A DNA stretch of 64,000 bases. Origin: Myxococcota bacterium (GTDB lineage: Bacteria; Myxococcota_A; SURF-8). Position 1 is the first letter of the stretch. Each line of letters starts with the position of its first letter. Below are positions 20,397 to 32,430 of the stretch, one piece after another. The notes beneath the pieces are model-generated. The model was given only the letters and a program-made list of their open reading frames with translations. It was not told the origin of the DNA and did no database searches. Location: contig OZ223209.1 of NCBI GenBank assembly GCA_965140415.1, positions 3,392,001-3,456,000 of the forward strand, read 5' to 3'. The translations under genes were made by a program, and so were the position numbers.

Positions 20397-20843
20397 ATGT
20401 CAGACACACAGGTACGTAGGGCGGCATTACTCAAACTCGTCCAAGACAATCGAATCCGATCTCAGACTCGATTGATACAAATGCTAAAAAAGCAGGGAAT
20501 CCGAGCCACCCAGGCCACGATTTCCCGCGATATTCACAACTTGGGACTGGTCAAAGCGTTTGGATATTATTCATTACCGGGTAAAGTAGCCCAGGTTTCC
20601 AATCCTGCTGAATTGCTGAAGGGGAAAATCTTAAGTTTCCGGAGAGCAGGAAACAATCTCGTTGTCATTCACACTCATCCAGGTGAAGCCGGTTTTGTCG
20701 GACATGTTTTAGACAGTGCAGGCTGGTCATCCATCGCAGGAACCGTTGCCGGTGATGACACGATCTTTGTGGCTTGCGATTCCGCTGCATCCAGCACGGA
20801 GATCCGTCAGCGCCTGGGAGACTTTGCTCCCGAAGTCGTGTAG
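20397..20843 (+). CDS. argR: arginine repressor
   Basis: wHTH TQATISRDI; C-terminal GTVAGDDTIF arginine-binding motif. Confidence 0.92.
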   Translation: MSDTQVRRAALLKLVQDNRIRSQTRLIQMLKKQGIRATQATISRDIHNLGLVKAFGYYSLPGKVAQVSNPAELLKGKILSFRRAGNNLVVIHTHPGEAGFVGHVLDSAGWSSIAGTVAGDDTIFVACDSAASSTEIRQRLGDFAPEVV

Positions 20844-20919
20844 ATCTCTTTCGCGCTTCTTTCTGATTCCGTTCATCTCTTAAAGCAGTAGTTTTAAACG
20901 ATATGTGTTTTTGATTTCC

Positions 20920-20985
20920 GTAGCGGCGGAGCGTAGGCCCGCCGTTTTTTTAGCATTTCTCGGCGGGTTCTCGCCTCGCCGCTAC
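20920..20985. repeat. REP doublet (REPIN-like), GTAG type
   Basis: GTAGCGGCGGAGCGTAGGCCCGCCG (20920-20944) and inverted GTAGCGGCGAGGCGAGAACCCGCCG (20985-20961), separated by a 16-nt AT-rich spacer. Confidence 0.75.
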
Positions 20986-21037
20986 AAAAGGACATCGCGA
21001 ATAGCGGATCGCAACTTCTTTAGAGTATCAATCGTTT

Positions 21038-22159
21038 TCAGCCCAAGTCAAACTTATGGTGTTTTTGCCAGAACTCCACGACCTGCTCCAGCGGAAGAGC
21101 GGGAACGAAATGATTGTTGACTCCGGTGATATCATCCGCCATGCAGATCGCATTTAAAATCGCTTCTTCCGTCGCTTCGATCGCCGCCTGATAAATGGGA
21201 TTGATGTACTGATCGTTTAAAACGGTTAGTTGGTAGGTTCGCTTTCGGGTTCTTCTGGGCACGGTGTTCGCCGTTGTCAACCCGACAATAATCTCACCGG
21301 ACCCATGTGCGGCAAAACTTCCGACTCGACCAATCCCCAACGCGACTCGTTTGCATACACGGCTGATTTGCAGGGATATCATCGGAGCATCGGTAGCGAA
21401 CACCGCAATAATGCTGCCATAGTTCTGAACTCGTTTGCTCAATTCCTGAAAGCGCGGAGCGATATGCTCGCCAAACGGCAACCCGGCAATACGAAGGTCA
21501 CGCATGTACCCGAAATTGCTCATCACCAAAACACCGACCGTGTAACCGCCATGCCGACCAGGAAGACGACGTGAGGCGGTTCCGATTCCGCCACTGAAGT
21601 CACAGGTCATCATGCCGGTGCCTCCGCCGACATTTCCTTCGGCAACCGGACCACGATTTGCACACTTCAAAGCCTCGTACACATGTTCGGCCTTGACATG
21701 TCGCCCGGCGATATCGTTCAACCAGGAATCGTCACATTCACCGACCAAAGGCAGAGGAACGTCTTGCTCGGAACCGATACCGGGGTAACGCTCGACCAGA
21801 TACTTGATCAACCCTTGCGAACAGGAACCTACCGAAAGGGTATTCGTCAATAGAATCGGAGTTTCGATCAATCCCCATTCGGTTGCCTGAGTCAATCCGG
21901 TCATTTCACCGGCACCATTTAAAACGAAACCTCCGCCGACCACCCTTTCATTGAACACGTCTCCATTAGAAGGATGAATCGCGGTCACGCCAGTGCGTAT
22001 CGGTCCCTTTCCTCGACGCAGCTTGCCTTCGCCTTCAATGATTGTAGAATGACCGACGAGAATCCCCTTGACGTCGGTGATGCTATTCTTTTCACCCGGC
22101 TCGAAGCGCCCCAAGGACATTCCAAGTTCCCGAAACCGCTTTCGTTCCATTGGCATCAC
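21038..22159 (-). CDS. DmpA/P1-family (S58) aminopeptidase
   Basis: NSITDVKGILVGH, TGVTAI, NGAGEMTG, ECDD, EGNVGGGTGM, autocleavage site HG/SGE. Confidence 0.92.
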   Translation of the reverse strand: MMPMERKRFRELGMSLGRFEPGEKNSITDVKGILVGHSTIIEGEGKLRRGKGPIRTGVTAIHPSNGDVFNERVVGGGFVLNGAGEMTGLTQATEWGLIETPILLTNTLSVGSCSQGLIKYLVERYPGIGSEQDVPLPLVGECDDSWLNDIAGRHVKAEHVYEALKCANRGPVAEGNVGGGTGMMTCDFSGGIGTASRRLPGRHGGYTVGVLVMSNFGYMRDLRIAGLPFGEHIAPRFQELSKRVQNYGSIIAVFATDAPMISLQISRVCKRVALGIGRVGSFAAHGSGEIIVGLTTANTVPRRTRKRTYQLTVLNDQYINPIYQAAIEATEEAILNAICMADDITGVNNHFVPALPLEQVVEFWQKHHKFDLG

Positions 22160-24213
22160 TCTACCGCTTTCTTCTCTGTGGCCTGCTGCTTGCGTTTATG
22201 CTTGAGCCGTTTGATCGCCGGGGCCATAATGTTTCCGACCAGCGTCCGGTAATCCATGCCCGCCGCTTCCGAAATCAGACACAGATCGGACCAACCCGGA
22301 GTAAGCCCCGGCAAAGGATTGCACTCGATAAAATGCACTTTGCCCTTGGCATCGAGCCGCACGTCAATGCGCGCCACATCCGAACATCCCAATGCCATGT
22401 AAGCGGATCGCGCCACTTTTTCCAGCTCCTTGCGAAGCTTTTCATCCACTTTTGCCGGTGCGTCGTAGCGGATCTCGTTTGTCTGATCCAGCTTATGCCC
22501 AAAGCTATAAACGGGTCGCTTTGTTTCGGGATTCAAATAAACGATTTCCATGGGGGGAAACACTTTGGGTCGGTTCTGCCCGATCAGGCCCAAGGTGAAC
22601 TCTCGCCCCGGAAGGAACTCTTCCACCAGTACCGGCTGATGATACTTCTCGATCAACTGAACGGCCAGTTTGCGCAGATCTTCTTCATTCTCAACAACGC
22701 TGATCCCCATTACCCCTTTTGAACTGCCCTCTTCATTCGGCTTCAGAATCACAGGGAACCGCATTCGCTTGGGAATGTGTTCGTTTCCTTTTCGCATGAG
22801 AATAAAAGCGGGGGTCGGCACTCCGGCCTGCCGTACTACTCGTTTTGCCAGCGCCTTGTCAAGTGCAATGGAGAGCGTCGCAGGGTCCGACCCAGTATAC
22901 TCGACATCGATCAATTCCAGCAATGCCGGAATTTGAGCTTCTCGGCTTCTACCGCGAAGACCTTCGGCAATATTGAAAACAAGATCCAACTGCGACGAGG
23001 CCAAAATGCTTGGCAGTTCAGACGTCGCTTCGAGATAGACGACTTCATGACCATACGACTCGATGGCCTTTCCAATGGCCTGAATCGTCTTGGGAGAATC
23101 GTACTCCGCATCCTTGTCATCGTCATCTTCTTCTTTGGGTACGACTCGTTTCTCATTGTAGGTCAGACCGATGACAAGACGATCCTTGGGACTTCGGTAG
23201 GCCTTTTTATCCAAAGGCAGGTTGTATCGGGTTGCCGCGCTCTTGATAATCGCCTTAAGAACGGCATCCATATTCTTGAAACCGGCTTTTTCTGCGGAAA
23301 CGTAAATTCCCGCCCCGACCTCCAGACTGGGAAGCGCATTGATTTCGATGAAGTAAACCTGGCCATCCCGCCCGATTCGATAATCGATACGACCAAGGTC
23401 TCGTACCCCGATCACCTCGAAAATCGTTTCGGAAAATTTCCGGATCGCTTTCTTCTGTGCGCTGGTCAATTCGGCTGGCGCTCGCAACGAAACAGCATCG
23501 TAATTTACGTGCTTCAACTCATAGTCGTAAATGTTATACCGATCTTCCTGACCTTCCGGCAGATCGAAAACATACTCGGCAGCCGGTAGAATACCATCCT
23601 TGATTGCGGAAGCCTTTTCGATGAAAGGAACGACAATATCCCGACCCTCGATATATTCTTCGATCAGTAAACCGGAAGGATAGCGGTCGATCAGGACTTT
23701 AACCTTCTCAACAAGTTCCGTTGGAGTCTGTACGATAGAATCCTGCGTAATACCTTTCGAGCTTCCTTCGAAATTGGGCTTTACAATGACCGGGTAGTTA
23801 AATTCGTTGGGAGGCGTCCAGTTTTCCAGGTCTTTCACAAAACTCCAGCGAGGCGTTAGAACCCCATAGGCGGCCAACATCTGCTTGGTCATCACCTTGT
23901 CCAAGGTCAGCGTACACACGTAGGCGTCGGACCCAGTATAAGGAAGACCTAGCTGCTCGAAAAGGGCGGGATAAAACGCTTCCCGATAGCGCCCGTTTCG
24001 ACCTTCGGCAGTATTGAACACCAGGTTCGGGTTCAACGCTTCCAGCCTTGCAATAAGCTGAGACGCATTCCCGGAAACCTCTACCAATTCAACCTTATGA
24101 CCCAACCTTTCAAGAGACTGAGCAATGGCCTGAATGGTTTCAGGCCGATCAAATTCGGCTTCTTCCTCACTATCCGTCAACTGGATATTGTGAGTGAATG
24201 CAATCTTCATCAC
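22156..24213 (-). CDS. tandem (two-domain) D-Ala-D-Ala-ligase-like ATP-grasp enzyme
   Basis: Two full copies of VFNxAEG..REA..PAL..YTGSD, KPNxEGSSKG, RIDxR and IExNxLP. Confidence 0.88.
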   Translation of the reverse strand: MMKIAFTHNIQLTDSEEEAEFDRPETIQAIAQSLERLGHKVELVEVSGNASQLIARLEALNPNLVFNTAEGRNGRYREAFYPALFEQLGLPYTGSDAYVCTLTLDKVMTKQMLAAYGVLTPRWSFVKDLENWTPPNEFNYPVIVKPNFEGSSKGITQDSIVQTPTELVEKVKVLIDRYPSGLLIEEYIEGRDIVVPFIEKASAIKDGILPAAEYVFDLPEGQEDRYNIYDYELKHVNYDAVSLRAPAELTSAQKKAIRKFSETIFEVIGVRDLGRIDYRIGRDGQVYFIEINALPSLEVGAGIYVSAEKAGFKNMDAVLKAIIKSAATRYNLPLDKKAYRSPKDRLVIGLTYNEKRVVPKEEDDDDKDAEYDSPKTIQAIGKAIESYGHEVVYLEATSELPSILASSQLDLVFNIAEGLRGRSREAQIPALLELIDVEYTGSDPATLSIALDKALAKRVVRQAGVPTPAFILMRKGNEHIPKRMRFPVILKPNEEGSSKGVMGISVVENEEDLRKLAVQLIEKYHQPVLVEEFLPGREFTLGLIGQNRPKVFPPMEIVYLNPETKRPVYSFGHKLDQTNEIRYDAPAKVDEKLRKELEKVARSAYMALGCSDVARIDVRLDAKGKVHFIECNPLPGLTPGWSDLCLISEAAGMDYRTLVGNIMAPAIKRLKHKRKQQATEKKAVE

Positions 24214-24263
24214 CCTCCCCCTTCCGCCAAATTGTCACTTCACAATCGGCACGTTGTATATAC

Positions 24264-24650
24264 TTATGCTTCTTCTGTCTTTGGTAGCCACTGATCGATC
24301 AAAGCCCGATCAACGCGCTCCCAATCGGGATTAACAAAAGCTTCCCCGTTCCATTCGAATGTCACGCGGTCAAATGTCTCTTCGTAGAAATCCAGTTTAG
24401 AACCACGATCAGGGCAATGTTCGACAAACAGCATGTGTTCGTGCGGGCGTTCGTATTCCTTCAGCAGTCGGGTAGCCAGTTGAGCGACGAATTGAGTTAC
24501 GGAGGTTCCCGGGTTTTTATCGTAAAGTTCCGTTGCGATTACGATCAGCCTGTTTTCTTCTTCAACAACCTTGATGCCACAAACGGAGGGAGTCCCCCAT
24601 TGTCCTTCGAACTCGTACAGGCGATCAATGTAGCGATAATCGGTTTTCAT
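24264..24650 (-). CDS. hypothetical protein (128 aa)
   Basis: ATG 24650; co-oriented between the radical SAM and ATP-grasp genes; NPGTSVT and EHCPDRG motifs; no family recognised. Confidence 0.7.
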   Translation of the reverse strand: MKTDYRYIDRLYEFEGQWGTPSVCGIKVVEEENRLIVIATELYDKNPGTSVTQFVAQLATRLLKEYERPHEHMLFVEHCPDRGSKLDFYEETFDRVTFEWNGEAFVNPDWERVDRALIDQWLPKTEEA

Positions 24651-24681
24651 CTTTCGGTTCCATCTTCCAAGGACATCATTC

Positions 24682-25962
24682 CTACAGGTCTTCACCACGT
24701 TGCACTTGCTGTCCAAAACTCTGATTAATCAAATCCCGACGACGAGCTTGATAGGTTCCCAGTTTCTTCTCGCGTTCAACCGCTTTTCGGAGCAGGCGAT
24801 ACATTTTAACCTGCTGAGGCTCATCTTTATAAAACTCTTTCCAGGCAAACTCATACAGTTCCTGCAAACGTTCCGGGGTCATGTGCTTGGGCTGAAAAAC
24901 GACTTGACCCGCATTGTACTCATTCCAATCGAAGCTGAAAATCCGTTTCTGCTTCATGAGATCGTCATAGGCTTTGGTATGCGGGAAGGGAGTCAGCACG
25001 GTAAATTCCGCCAGATCGAGATCGATTTCCAACAAGAAGTCGATCAGTCGCAGGATGTCGTCTTCCGTTTGGTTGTCCATACCAAGCAGGATGGTACCTT
25101 CGACTCCGATGCCATAGTCATGATATCGCTTGATGCGTTCCTTGATGTAATCCGAGGTATCAAAGACAGCTTGATACACATACCAGGCGCCGGCCTGGGC
25201 GGCTAGATCCAAGACTTCCGGTTTGTCTTCTATGGTGTGACTGCACCAGGTTTTCTTGAATGGAATCATCTCTCTAAAAAGATCTTTTTCCCATTCCGTG
25301 TTTTGCGCAAGTGAATTATCGACAATAAACAGACGGTTGTTTTCGATGGTTGCCAGTTCTTCGACGACTCGATCAAGAGGCCGAGCCCGAAACTCTCGCC
25401 CACCTAAAAAGGCGACGGCGCACGGATAACACGCAAATCTGCAACCACGGGAGGCGTGGAATAAGTCCACCATACGCAAGCCACGATGGTAGTACAGATC
25501 CTCATTCAGAATTTCCCGCCTGGCAGGACCGACCCATTCAATCGGTGGGCGATCATTTATAAAATTGTAGAGCGGCTTCAGGTTTCCTGAATGAAAGTCA
25601 TCGAAAACACCTTGCATGCGCCCTTCGGATTCTCCCAGGAAAACCGCATCGGCATGTTTCATTGTTTCTTCTGCATGAAGCATCGTAGAAATGCCGCCGA
25701 AAATGACCTTTATACCGCGAGCCCGATACTCATCCGCGATCTGCCAACCCCGTTTCACCTGTGTGGTCAGCATCATCGAAATACCGACGAAATCGACAGG
25801 ATCGTCGAAGCTGAAACTCTGCAAGTTTTCATCTATAAATTCCACCTCGACATCTTCTGGCAACGTCGCAGCAAAAACGACCGGCCCATGCGGTGGAAGG
25901 TTAAACGTAGTTTGACCGGGAAGCTTTTCCCAACGCGGATAGATCAATCGGAAACGTGTCAT
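24682..25962 (-). CDS. B12-binding-domain radical SAM protein
   Basis: N-terminal cobalamin-binding-like region (GGISTML, GESEG), SRGCRFACYPC (CxxxCxxC), LTPFPHT. Confidence 0.88.
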   Translation of the reverse strand: MTRFRLIYPRWEKLPGQTTFNLPPHGPVVFAATLPEDVEVEFIDENLQSFSFDDPVDFVGISMMLTTQVKRGWQIADEYRARGIKVIFGGISTMLHAEETMKHADAVFLGESEGRMQGVFDDFHSGNLKPLYNFINDRPPIEWVGPARREILNEDLYYHRGLRMVDLFHASRGCRFACYPCAVAFLGGREFRARPLDRVVEELATIENNRLFIVDNSLAQNTEWEKDLFREMIPFKKTWCSHTIEDKPEVLDLAAQAGAWYVYQAVFDTSDYIKERIKRYHDYGIGVEGTILLGMDNQTEDDILRLIDFLLEIDLDLAEFTVLTPFPHTKAYDDLMKQKRIFSFDWNEYNAGQVVFQPKHMTPERLQELYEFAWKEFYKDEPQQVKMYRLLRKAVEREKKLGTYQARRRDLINQSFGQQVQRGEDL

Positions 25963-26073
25963 AATGTACTCTATTATCCCTTAACTTTTGGCAACTTGCG
26001 ATGAAACGGCGCTCAGTCTAATAGAATTTTTTTATTGAAGCAATAGTGAATTCTATTTTCTTCCCTTTTCAAC

Positions 26074-26102
26074 AAAAACGCCCCGGTCAACAGACCGGGG
26101 CG
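26074..26102 (-). terminator. intrinsic terminator of hppA
   Basis: CGCCCCGGTC-4 nt-GACCGGGGCG followed by TTTTT on the minus strand. Confidence 0.85.
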
Positions 26103-26123
26103 CGTGTCAGCATGTTAATCGGC

Positions 26124-28313
<2,190 letters not shown>

Positions 28314-28379
28314 GGTCCCTTCACCTCCTTGGTTTGGCCCATCGGGCCAGGTTGACACTAAAACAACATTAACTAGAAA

Positions 28380-28970
28380 CTACAAACAACTTGCCTCAAC
28401 CTTGAAATACCTTTTATTGTACTTATTTGCAGCTCGAACAACCCCTTCCGTCGCCGCAGCAAAAACGGCATCCGAACCGTGGTCAATCCATTGCTCTAAC
28501 AATGGTTTTTCCTCCGGGTAGAACGAGTGCAGCACAAATTTCGTAATGACTTCATCATGTTTCGGTCGACCAATGCCCATTCGGACTCTCACGAAAAGGT
28601 CCGATCCAAGCTGTTCTCTGGTAGACTTTATTCCCTTGTGGCCGCCATCGGATCCTCCGATTTTGACTTTGATCTGGCCGAACTCGAGATCGAGGTCATC
28701 ATGAACTACGATAATATTTTCAACAGGAGTACGATAAAAAGAAGCGGCAAGGCGAACAGCCTCACCGCTTCGATTCATGTAAGTTTGCGGTTTAACAAGT
28801 AACAATTGATCAGTTCCTCGCCGAGCCATGCCAACTTCCGAACGGAATTTTCTTTGCTCAACGCGCACCCCCAATCGTTTGGCCAGGCGATCAACGATCA
28901 TATACCCCAAATTGTGACGAGTGTTCAAATATTCTTCGCCAGGGTTGCCTAAGCCAACAATCAGTATCAA
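28380..28970 (-). CDS. pth: peptidyl-tRNA hydrolase
   Basis: VGLGNPG, TRHN, KPQTYMN, HDDLD, GGHKG. Confidence 0.97.
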   Translation of the reverse strand: MILIVGLGNPGEEYLNTRHNLGYMIVDRLAKRLGVRVEQRKFRSEVGMARRGTDQLLLVKPQTYMNRSGEAVRLAASFYRTPVENIIVVHDDLDLEFGQIKVKIGGSDGGHKGIKSTREQLGSDLFVRVRMGIGRPKHDEVITKFVLHSFYPEEKPLLEQWIDHGSDAVFAAATEGVVRAANKYNKRYFKVEASCL

Positions 28971-29611
28971 TTGGCGGCTTCCTGTTCCGCACCAGCAGCC
29001 TCTTCACCTTCAGCAGCCTCGGCTTCTTCGCCTTCAGCCTCTTCGTCCTCGGCGACGTCGCGGCTGCTGGTTACCTGAATCATCACTTCGTTGTCACGAT
29101 GCAGGTAAGAGATACCCTCCACCTTCGGAAGGTCGACGGTCTTAAGTTGCTCACCCACTTCCAGTTCCGAAATGTCAAGCACGATTTCACTTGGCAGAAT
29201 CTGCGGAGCACAATGCAGCTTCACCTTTCGGGTAACCTGTTGCATGCTTCCACCCTTTTGGACACCAATCGCTTTTCCAGTGGGGAACAACGGCACCTGG
29301 AAATCGACTTCCTGTCCTTCTTCAACCCGATAGAAGTCCAAATGGAGCAGTTTTCTCGAAAGCGGCTCCACCTGCACGTCTTTGATCAGGCACAGGTAAG
29401 ACTGCCCGTCCACTTCCACCTGCAACAGTGAATTTCTCTTGAATGGGTTGTCAATCGCTTTCGAGAAATCAGTTGGAGAAACCAACAAGTGGATCGGCTC
29501 CAGCTTATTTCCATAAAGCACAGCAGGCACCAGCCCGCTGTTACGATAGCTGCGGGCAGCACTCTTATTTGTTTTTTCGCGTTTTTGAACGTTCAAGCTA
29601 ATCGGATCCAT
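28967..29611 (-). CDS. rplY: 50S ribosomal protein L25/Ctc
   Basis: VPAVLYG, HLDF, acidic tail; prs-rplY-pth synteny. Confidence 0.95.
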   Translation of the reverse strand: MDPISLNVQKREKTNKSAARSYRNSGLVPAVLYGNKLEPIHLLVSPTDFSKAIDNPFKRNSLLQVEVDGQSYLCLIKDVQVEPLSRKLLHLDFYRVEEGQEVDFQVPLFPTGKAIGVQKGGSMQQVTRKVKLHCAPQILPSEIVLDISELEVGEQLKTVDLPKVEGISYLHRDNEVMIQVTSSRDVAEDEEAEGEEAEAAEGEEAAGAEQEAAN

Positions 29612-29664
29612 TAGACTCCTCCGTGGAAACCTTCTACAAGATCATACTTATTTTGGATTATTTT

Positions 29665-30654
29665 TCAAACCGAATCTGGAAACAATTCACTGATCGACTC
29701 GTTCGTCGTCAATCGTCGAATGGATTCCGCCAATAATTCGGCTATCGAAACGACTGTTATCTTTTTGCACGCTTTTGCATCATCACGCAAGGGAATTGTG
29801 TCTGTGACAATCAATCTTTCGATCGGACTCTTCTCGATTCTCTCGACAGCGGGTCCGGAAAGGACTGGATGAGTGCAACAAGCCCACACACTTTTTGCAC
29901 CGAGATCCTTGATTGCCTGGGCGGCTTTGGTCAACGTTCCTGCGGTATCCACCATGTCATCCAGCAATACGGCGTCACGCCCTTTGACCTTACCGATAAC
30001 GTTCATGACATCAGACACATTGGCTTCCGGTCGGCGCTTATCCACAACGGCCAGACGTGCATCAAGTTGATTTGCAAACAAACGCGTTCTTTCCGCACCT
30101 CCTGCGTCAGGCGAAACCATGATAATGTTGGATTGGCCGGTTTGCGGATCGTATGTTTTCCGCCATAAAGCCTCTTTCAGATATGAAACCAGAACCTTGG
30201 CTCCGTACAGGTTGTCCACCGCAGAATCAAAAAAGCCTTGAATCTGGTTCGCATGCAGATCGATGGAAACGACCCGCCGTACCCCGGCAGTTTGAAGCAG
30301 ATCCGCTACCAGCTTCGCCGTAATCGGCGTTCTCGGTGCACCCTTACGATCCTGTCTCGCGTAACCATAATAAGGGATGATCGCCGTAATCGAAGCAGCC
30401 GATGCACGCTTTACGGCATCCACCATAATCAGCAGCTCCATCAGGTGATCGTTTGCGGGAGGGCTGATCGGCTGAATGATGAACACATCACGATTACGGA
30501 TGTTATCCAAGATTTTGAGATTGATCTCGCCATCGGCAAAACGACCGACTACCGCTCTACCAAGCGGAAAATCCAAATATTTGCAGATATTCTCGGCCAG
30601 TGGCCGATTCGCATTGCCGGAAAAGAGCCGGATGTTATCCAATGATTTGTACAT
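29665..30654 (-). CDS. prs: ribose-phosphate pyrophosphokinase
   Basis: FADGE, PYYGYARQDRK, DLHANQIQGFF, SPDAGG, DDMVDTAGT. Confidence 0.97.
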   Translation of the reverse strand: MYKSLDNIRLFSGNANRPLAENICKYLDFPLGRAVVGRFADGEINLKILDNIRNRDVFIIQPISPPANDHLMELLIMVDAVKRASAASITAIIPYYGYARQDRKGAPRTPITAKLVADLLQTAGVRRVVSIDLHANQIQGFFDSAVDNLYGAKVLVSYLKEALWRKTYDPQTGQSNIIMVSPDAGGAERTRLFANQLDARLAVVDKRRPEANVSDVMNVIGKVKGRDAVLLDDMVDTAGTLTKAAQAIKDLGAKSVWACCTHPVLSGPAVERIEKSPIERLIVTDTIPLRDDAKACKKITVVSIAELLAESIRRLTTNESISELFPDSV

Positions 30655-30765
30655 GGTCGCTACCCTTGCAAAAACGTGATCACTGCCATTCTACGCTGTT
30701 GCCTACCATCGCCGCAACGCCACCCTTGGAGCCAGAACTGCATGGGTTGGAACATGTAAAAAAGA

Positions 30766-30840
30766 TGGCTGGGGTGGCAGGATTCGAACCTGCGAATGCT
30801 GGAACCAAAATCCAGTGTCTTACCACTTGACGACACCCCA
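30766..30840 (-). tRNA. tRNA-Gln(TTG)
   Basis: TGGGGTGTCGTCAAGTGGTAAGACACTGGATTTTGGTTCCAGCATTCGCAGGTTCGAATCCTGCCACCCCAGCCA: cloverleaf, TTG anticodon, encoded CCA. Confidence 0.97.
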
Positions 30841-30892
30841 ACGCCTACGCGTGCAACGAACAATTCATACTGAGTCGCTGCCTGAAGGAAAT

Positions 30893-31189
30893 CTACTCCA
30901 TGTCGTAGTCGACAACGGGAGCACCTCCGTCATGCACGCTCATTTCACTTCGATAGGCTTCAAGGACGATGCCTTCCATCTCATCACGGCATTCCGAATT
31001 CAGCGGATGGGCAATGTCTTTGAACGTACCGTCCTTGCGCTTCTTACTAGGCATTGCCACAAAATAGCCGTTGTTGCCATTGATGATCTTCAAATCGCGG
31101 ACGATGAAGCAATCATCCAGGGTGATGGTTACATAAGCCTTCAATCGCTCCTCGTTGACTGGAAAAACCTTAACTTCGGTGATTTCCAT
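30893..31189 (-). CDS. spoVG: SpoVG family protein
   Basis: MEITEVKV, LKAYVTITLDD, FVAMPS, FKDIAHP. Confidence 0.93.
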   Translation of the reverse strand: MEITEVKVFPVNEERLKAYVTITLDDCFIVRDLKIINGNNGYFVAMPSKKRKDGTFKDIAHPLNSECRDEMEGIVLEAYRSEMSVHDGGAPVVDYDME

Positions 31190-31191
31190 GA

Positions 31192-32100
31192 CTACCCATC
31201 CTCGCTCTCTAGGTTGGAATTGGATGCCATCCACAACGATGCTTCAGGAAACAGTCGTTGCAAATTCAACATTGCCTGGCTAGCAATATCCTGTTCTTCG
31301 AACAGGCCGAACAGCGTTGCTCCACTACCGCTCATCAACGCTTTCATGGCACCCTGTTGAAGCAGAGCCTCTTTCATTTTTAAAAGATCCGTGAACGTTA
31401 GAAAGGTCACAGACTCCAGGTCGTTACGCATCAGGCCTGCCACCGCCTTCCGCCCGAGGAAGCGATTGGGTTTCCTACCATCATTGCTGGACTTTGTCAA
31501 CCTAATGTCGCCAAGTTTTTCATAAACCCATTGGGTACGCACCGGATACCCTGGATTAATCAAAACAAACCAGCATGGCTCTAACTCAACATTCCCTCGA
31601 ATATATTCTCCGATGCCGCCGACCCAGCAGCATCGGCCATGAAAACAAGCCGGCACATCCGCACCAAGCTCAACACAACCAGACAATATTTGCGATGATG
31701 AAACGGGAAAACCATAAAGCCGTTGTAGCAGTCGCAACACACACGCGGCATCGCTACTGCCACCACCCAGCCCTCCTGCAACAGGAATCCGTTTCTCAAT
31801 CTCGATCTTGAGATTCAATTCCGCTTCAGGTATTTTCGAAACGGCAGCATACCAATAAGCCGCCTTCACAGCCAGATTGTCAGCACGCTCCAGCTCTTCA
31901 TATCCTGGGCAAAGGATCTGCACCCCCCCGGATCTTTTTTTCTCAACGGTTATCCGATCGGCCAGATCAATCGGACAAACCAACGACTCAAGCAGGTGAT
32001 ATCCGTCCTCTCTCAAGCCAACGATGCGTAGACAAAGATTCAATTTTGCCAGTGCAACTCCATTTACGCGCCGTGAAGAGTTCCTCTTGATATTATTCAT
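31192..32100 (-). CDS. ispE: 4-diphosphocytidyl-2-C-methyl-D-erythritol kinase
   Basis: AKLNLCL, GYHLLES, IPVAGGLGGGSSDAA, LGADVP, MSGSG. Confidence 0.95.
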   Translation of the reverse strand: MNNIKRNSSRRVNGVALAKLNLCLRIVGLREDGYHLLESLVCPIDLADRITVEKKRSGGVQILCPGYEELERADNLAVKAAYWYAAVSKIPEAELNLKIEIEKRIPVAGGLGGGSSDAACVLRLLQRLYGFPVSSSQILSGCVELGADVPACFHGRCCWVGGIGEYIRGNVELEPCWFVLINPGYPVRTQWVYEKLGDIRLTKSSNDGRKPNRFLGRKAVAGLMRNDLESVTFLTFTDLLKMKEALLQQGAMKALMSGSGATLFGLFEEQDIASQAMLNLQRLFPEASLWMASNSNLESEDG

Positions 32101-32383
32101 TCTGGCACTTCACACTGAACGGACATTCATTTATTCCATGTAGCACATCTTCATTTTAGGTGCAACTCATTTTTTCCTTTCTTTTACAAGGCTTACAATC
32201 CAGCTCGATCCAGGCATTTTTCTACAGGAAGAGTAGGATTAATACAATATGCAGCCCAAATCCTTACTCTGAGTAAAAAACGAAAGTGAATGTGCTTTCT
32301 CGGATTGTGCTGTTTTATTCATTTTACACTCCCCTATTCCACCAGATTCTGTCGACCAGGCAGAAAAAGACGAGGCTGCGGAG

Positions 32384-32412
32384 TTGACAAGCACACATTT
32401 GTGTGTTTTACT
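32384..32412 (+). promoter_or_regulatory. lexA promoter with palindromic operator candidate CACACA-TT-TGTGTG (32392-32405)
   Basis: Perfect TTGACA -35, palindrome in the spacer, TTTACT at 17-nt spacing, AGGAGG RBS. Confidence 0.65.
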
Positions 32413-32430
32413 GATTTCAGGAGGTTCAGA

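Noticed and set aside
22156-24213. Canonical cell-wall ddl
   Set aside because: The domain is duplicated, the N-terminal motif is atypical, and there is no mur/dcw context, so no gene symbol was assigned.
30766-30840. tRNA as an integration site for an island
   Set aside because: It is flanked by conserved core genes; I saw no integrase or duplicated 3' end.
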